Assembly (NCBI GenBank): GCA_965249275.1
Contig: CBDFLQ010000005.1
Coordinates: 384,001-448,000 of the forward strand
Reading direction: 5' to 3'
DNA: 64,000 bases
Source of the DNA: Dehalococcoidia bacterium
Lineage (GTDB): Bacteria > Chloroflexota > Dehalococcoidia > Plut-88900
Positions 60,962 to 64,000 of this stretch are shown piece after piece; position 1 is the stretch's first letter, and the number at the start of each line of letters is the position of its first letter. A program made the position numbers and the translations under genes. A model generated the notes under the pieces. It saw nothing but the letters and a program-made list of their open reading frames with translations. It did no database searches and had not been told where the DNA came from.

Positions 60962-61770
60962 TGGGTCATGAATCCGCCGCCGTCCATGTTTATGGACTGT
61001 CCGTGAATCCAGGATGAGGCTTTCGTGCACAGGTAGGCCACGAACTCTCCGACTTCTTCGTCGGATCCGTTCCTGCGTATCGGCGTCTCCATCGCCATCC
61101 TGTCCAGCCAGTCCCCGACCTTCAGGTGGTCCAGCCGTGAGGTGTCCACCCAGCCGGGACAGACGCAGTTGACGTTGACATTGTATTGTCCCAGCTCCCG
61201 GGCCAACGTCTGAGTCATCCCCACTTGCGCGAAGTTGGCGGCGCAGTACGCCAGCGTGTCTTCACCCCCCGACTTCCCCGCCACCGATGCCACGTTGACG
61301 ATCTTGCCACCCTGCCCCTGGGCAATCAGCACTTTAGCTACGGCCTTGGTGCAGAGATAGGTGCCTCGGATCTTGATATCGACTACCTTCTGGAAGATAT
61401 CGTCATGCAGCTCGATGGTCGGGACACGGTCCGGGCCGCGGGCGAAGGCAGCATTGTTAATCAGGATGTCGACGCGGCCCAACTCCTTGACGGTTTTCTC
61501 GACCATTTCCGCCACATCGTCGGCATTGGCCACGTCCACGACCAGCGGGAGGGCCCGACGCCCCAGGGCGCGTACCTGCTCCGCCGTGCTCTCGATATCC
61601 TTCCACCCGACGGCCTTCTCGGCTTCGGGATAGCGGGAGGGGTCTCGGCCCGTGCCTGTAGGCACCACGTCGGCGCCCAACTCTGCCAGGGCCACCGCGG
61701 CCGCTCTGCCTATACCCCGCAACCTGCCCGCGCCGGTAACTATCGCTACTTTGCCATCAAGCTCACCCAC
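60958..61770 (-). CDS. Short-chain dehydrogenase/reductase
   Basis: TGAG..RGIG, INNA, NVAS, VNCVCPG; YxxxK appears as YCAAN. Confidence 0.9.
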   Translation of the reverse strand: MGELDGKVAIVTGAGRLRGIGRAAAVALAELGADVVPTGTGRDPSRYPEAEKAVGWKDIESTAEQVRALGRRALPLVVDVANADDVAEMVEKTVKELGRVDILINNAAFARGPDRVPTIELHDDIFQKVVDIKIRGTYLCTKAVAKVLIAQGQGGKIVNVASVAGKSGGEDTLAYCAANFAQVGMTQTLARELGQYNVNVNCVCPGWVDTSRLDHLKVGDWLDRMAMETPIRRNGSDEEVGEFVAYLCTKASSWIHGQSINMDGGGFMTH

Positions 61771-61809
61771 GGTCGGCTCCTTCCGTTACCTGCCTGTGCC
61801 AATCCCCGT

Positions 61810-62931
61810 CTAGATCTCCAACCCGTACATCCGCACACAATTGTCCCACAATATCCGGCGCTTGGTCTCCTCAGAAAAGCCAGTCCCGAGAAACGCTTCC
61901 ACGGCCTTGGGATACTTGGAATCCTTGTGTGGATAGTCGGTTGAGAATACCACGTTCCCCTCCAGCCCCGACCCTTCGATGAAGCGGGCCGGCTCTTCGT
62001 CGGCCTCCACCGAGACCCAGCACTGCCGCAGGAAGTACTCCGTCGGTTCCAGCGTGAGTTCCGGGGACTCGTGCCTGCCGACAAGCTCGTAGTGTTCATC
62101 CAGCCGCCACAGCATCCACGGAGTCCATGAGCAGTTGCCCTCAAGGAACCCGACTCGCAGTTTAGGGAACCGTGCCAAAACCCCGCCCCCCACCATGCTC
62201 ACGAGGGCCAGCATCATCTCCATCGGGTGAGTGCATGTGTGGTGCATCAGCCAACTGTCTTCGAGGAATTGATCGCCTGTCTGTGGGACACTGGCATCCG
62301 ACCCTTCATGGAAGCCTAAGGGGACGTTCAGGTCTTCGATCTCGGCCCAAAGGGGATCGTAGCAGGTGTCGTACCAGTTGCGCCCGTTGACCACGTTCGG
62401 CCGCATGAACACGGCCTTGAAGCCCATCTCCATGACCGAGCGCCGAGCTTCTTCAACTGCACTTCCCACGTCGAAGGGAGAGACCATCCCCGCCCCGAGC
62501 ATCCGGGCGCGGTCCGCAGCGCAGAAGTCGAATAGCCAATCGTTGTAGGCCACGGCAATGGCCGATGCCAGCGCCGGGTCCATCCCGTCAACGGCCAGGG
62601 CGTAGAGCCCGCGGCTTGGATAGAGGATGGCCAAATCCAGGCCCTCGCTGTCCATTGCTCTTCGCTGGGAAGGGCCGTCCCAGCCATTGGCAAGACCGTC
62701 GGCGTAGCTGGCGAGCCAGTTTGGGTCGTCCGCCAACTCTATCTCCCACTGGGCCTCGGCGGCCATCTCTCGACCCTCGACCCGCATCACGAGGTCACCG
62801 CGGTGGCGAGGGACTGACTTGGGAGATCGGTCGGAGTACGCGGGGTCGATGTAGCGCTCCCAAAGGTCGGTCGGCTCCATGACGTGCATATCGGAGTCGA
62901 TTATGCGGAAGCCGTTCTTAGACATGCCCAC
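61810..62931 (-). CDS. Amidohydrolase_2 family protein
   Basis: IDSDMHVMEP, AYNDW, GFHEG, FLEGN, FSTDYPH. Confidence 0.9.
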   Translation of the reverse strand: MGMSKNGFRIIDSDMHVMEPTDLWERYIDPAYSDRSPKSVPRHRGDLVMRVEGREMAAEAQWEIELADDPNWLASYADGLANGWDGPSQRRAMDSEGLDLAILYPSRGLYALAVDGMDPALASAIAVAYNDWLFDFCAADRARMLGAGMVSPFDVGSAVEEARRSVMEMGFKAVFMRPNVVNGRNWYDTCYDPLWAEIEDLNVPLGFHEGSDASVPQTGDQFLEDSWLMHHTCTHPMEMMLALVSMVGGGVLARFPKLRVGFLEGNCSWTPWMLWRLDEHYELVGRHESPELTLEPTEYFLRQCWVSVEADEEPARFIEGSGLEGNVVFSTDYPHKDSKYPKAVEAFLGTGFSEETKRRILWDNCVRMYGLEI

Positions 62932-62999
62932 CCCCTCCAGCGTTTCCCCGCCATTCTACTACATCCCTAGTTTCAACCTACCGTGTTAAGCTAGGCGCC

Positions 63000-64000
63000 A
63001 TGTTTTCGCCAAGGGGTCAACATTACGGCTGGACCCTACTGGGCATGTTCGCCTTTAACTACTCCATGGTCGTCATCGCCATCGAGACTATAGGCTTCCT
63101 GCTTCCGCAGATGTCCGACGAACTCGACCTCTCCCTAACCGAGCAGGGCTGGCTCAGTGCCTCCGTCATGTTCAGTAACCTCATCTTCGAGGTGCCCTCC
63201 AACTGGTTCTTCTCCCGTTTCCGCCCCTGGCGCTCCTCCGTCGTGTCCTTCGCCGCCGCCGCCATCTTTGTCGGCTTCAACGGGATAGCCCCGACCCTTG
63301 CCATTCTCTTCATAGCCCGGGTGAGCCTGGGAATGACCTACCTGAGCACCCAGGCATCCCGCACCATACTCGTCATCCACTGGATTCCGAGCCGCCAATT
63401 TGGTATGGCCAACGGCGTCCTATTCAGCATCCTGGAAACGGTCATCGGCGTCGGATTCATCGTGGTTCCCGCCATACTCTGGCTGGTCGGGGATTGGCGA
63501 GAAACTCTCTACATCTGGGCAATAGTCTGTGGTGTCGGCGCAGCCCTATGGTTCTTATGGGGCCGGGACCGGCCCAGCGCCGAGCTGCCTCAGCCCACAG
63601 GCGGGGAAGCCGGCACCCCCCTGACCGTCATATTCCGCTACAAGGAGCCTTGGATACTCGGGGCGGGGGTGGCGGGCATTACCGGGGCTCGGTCCGCCTA
63701 CGCCACTTTCTGGCCTACCTACCTGGACGATACATACGGGACGGCCCTTGTCACCGTAGGCCTCATCCTGGGTATCGCCAGCATGATCAAGGGCCCCATG
63801 ATCCTGGGAGTGACCCTCTCCTCAACCATCGCCGCCCGCACTCCTTACCTTCTCGTGGCATGCGGCCTGGCAATGTCCGCCAGCTCTTTCGGCATGCTGT
63901 TCAGCGGGACGGTGCCCCTCCAGTTTCTCTCGGGCATTATCAACGGAATGGCGATGTGCTTCATCCCCGCGATGCTTACCGTGATCTACCGGCTCCCCGG
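63000..64000 (+). CDS. MFS transporter (partial, runs off the window)
   Basis: Frame from ATG 63000 reads MFSPRGQHYGWTLLGMFAF...GFLLPQMSDELDLSLTEQGWL..., with multiple TM segments. Confidence 0.8.
   Translation, partial: MFSPRGQHYGWTLLGMFAFNYSMVVIAIETIGFLLPQMSDELDLSLTEQGWLSASVMFSNLIFEVPSNWFFSRFRPWRSSVVSFAAAAIFVGFNGIAPTLAILFIARVSLGMTYLSTQASRTILVIHWIPSRQFGMANGVLFSILETVIGVGFIVVPAILWLVGDWRETLYIWAIVCGVGAALWFLWGRDRPSAELPQPTGGEAGTPLTVIFRYKEPWILGAGVAGITGARSAYATFWPTYLDDTYGTALVTVGLILGIASMIKGPMILGVTLSSTIAARTPYLLVACGLAMSASSFGMLFSGTVPLQFLSGIINGMAMCFIPAMLTVIYRLP

Overview
GC-rich bacterial chromosome segment, most likely Chloroflexota/Dehalococcoidia, SAR202-like. That assignment is inferred from a GreA with an N-terminal extension, paralogous LLM, thiolase, amidohydrolase and CaiB genes, and an unlinked 23S rRNA. 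Most of the window is housekeeping and catabolic genes: greA, ftsH, glcDEF, glycerate kinase, thyX, thiE, TatD, moaA, comEA/comEC, acuC, a DUF1998 helicase and methylcrotonyl-CoA-type carboxylase subunits. It also holds two TA pairs, a solitary 23S rRNA followed by tRNA-fMet, an IS481 and many REP/MITE-like repeats. The standout is at the left edge, where an IS1595-family element has apparently inserted into a DNA methyltransferase-HNH gene. Between its transposase and its terminal repeat it carries a promoter-led tandem array of five structured non-coding RNA units (1257-1874). These include a non-canonical 9/3-type tRNA-like RNA with a GCC anticodon, long variable arm and GCCA end, and two four-way junctions with no linker bases. 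The second highlight is two adjacent selenoprotein genes truncated by the ORF track: an ArsC/Spx-like UxxC protein and a rhodanese with Sec at the catalytic site, each with a SECIS-like hairpin. All structures were folded by eye; nothing was computed or searched.
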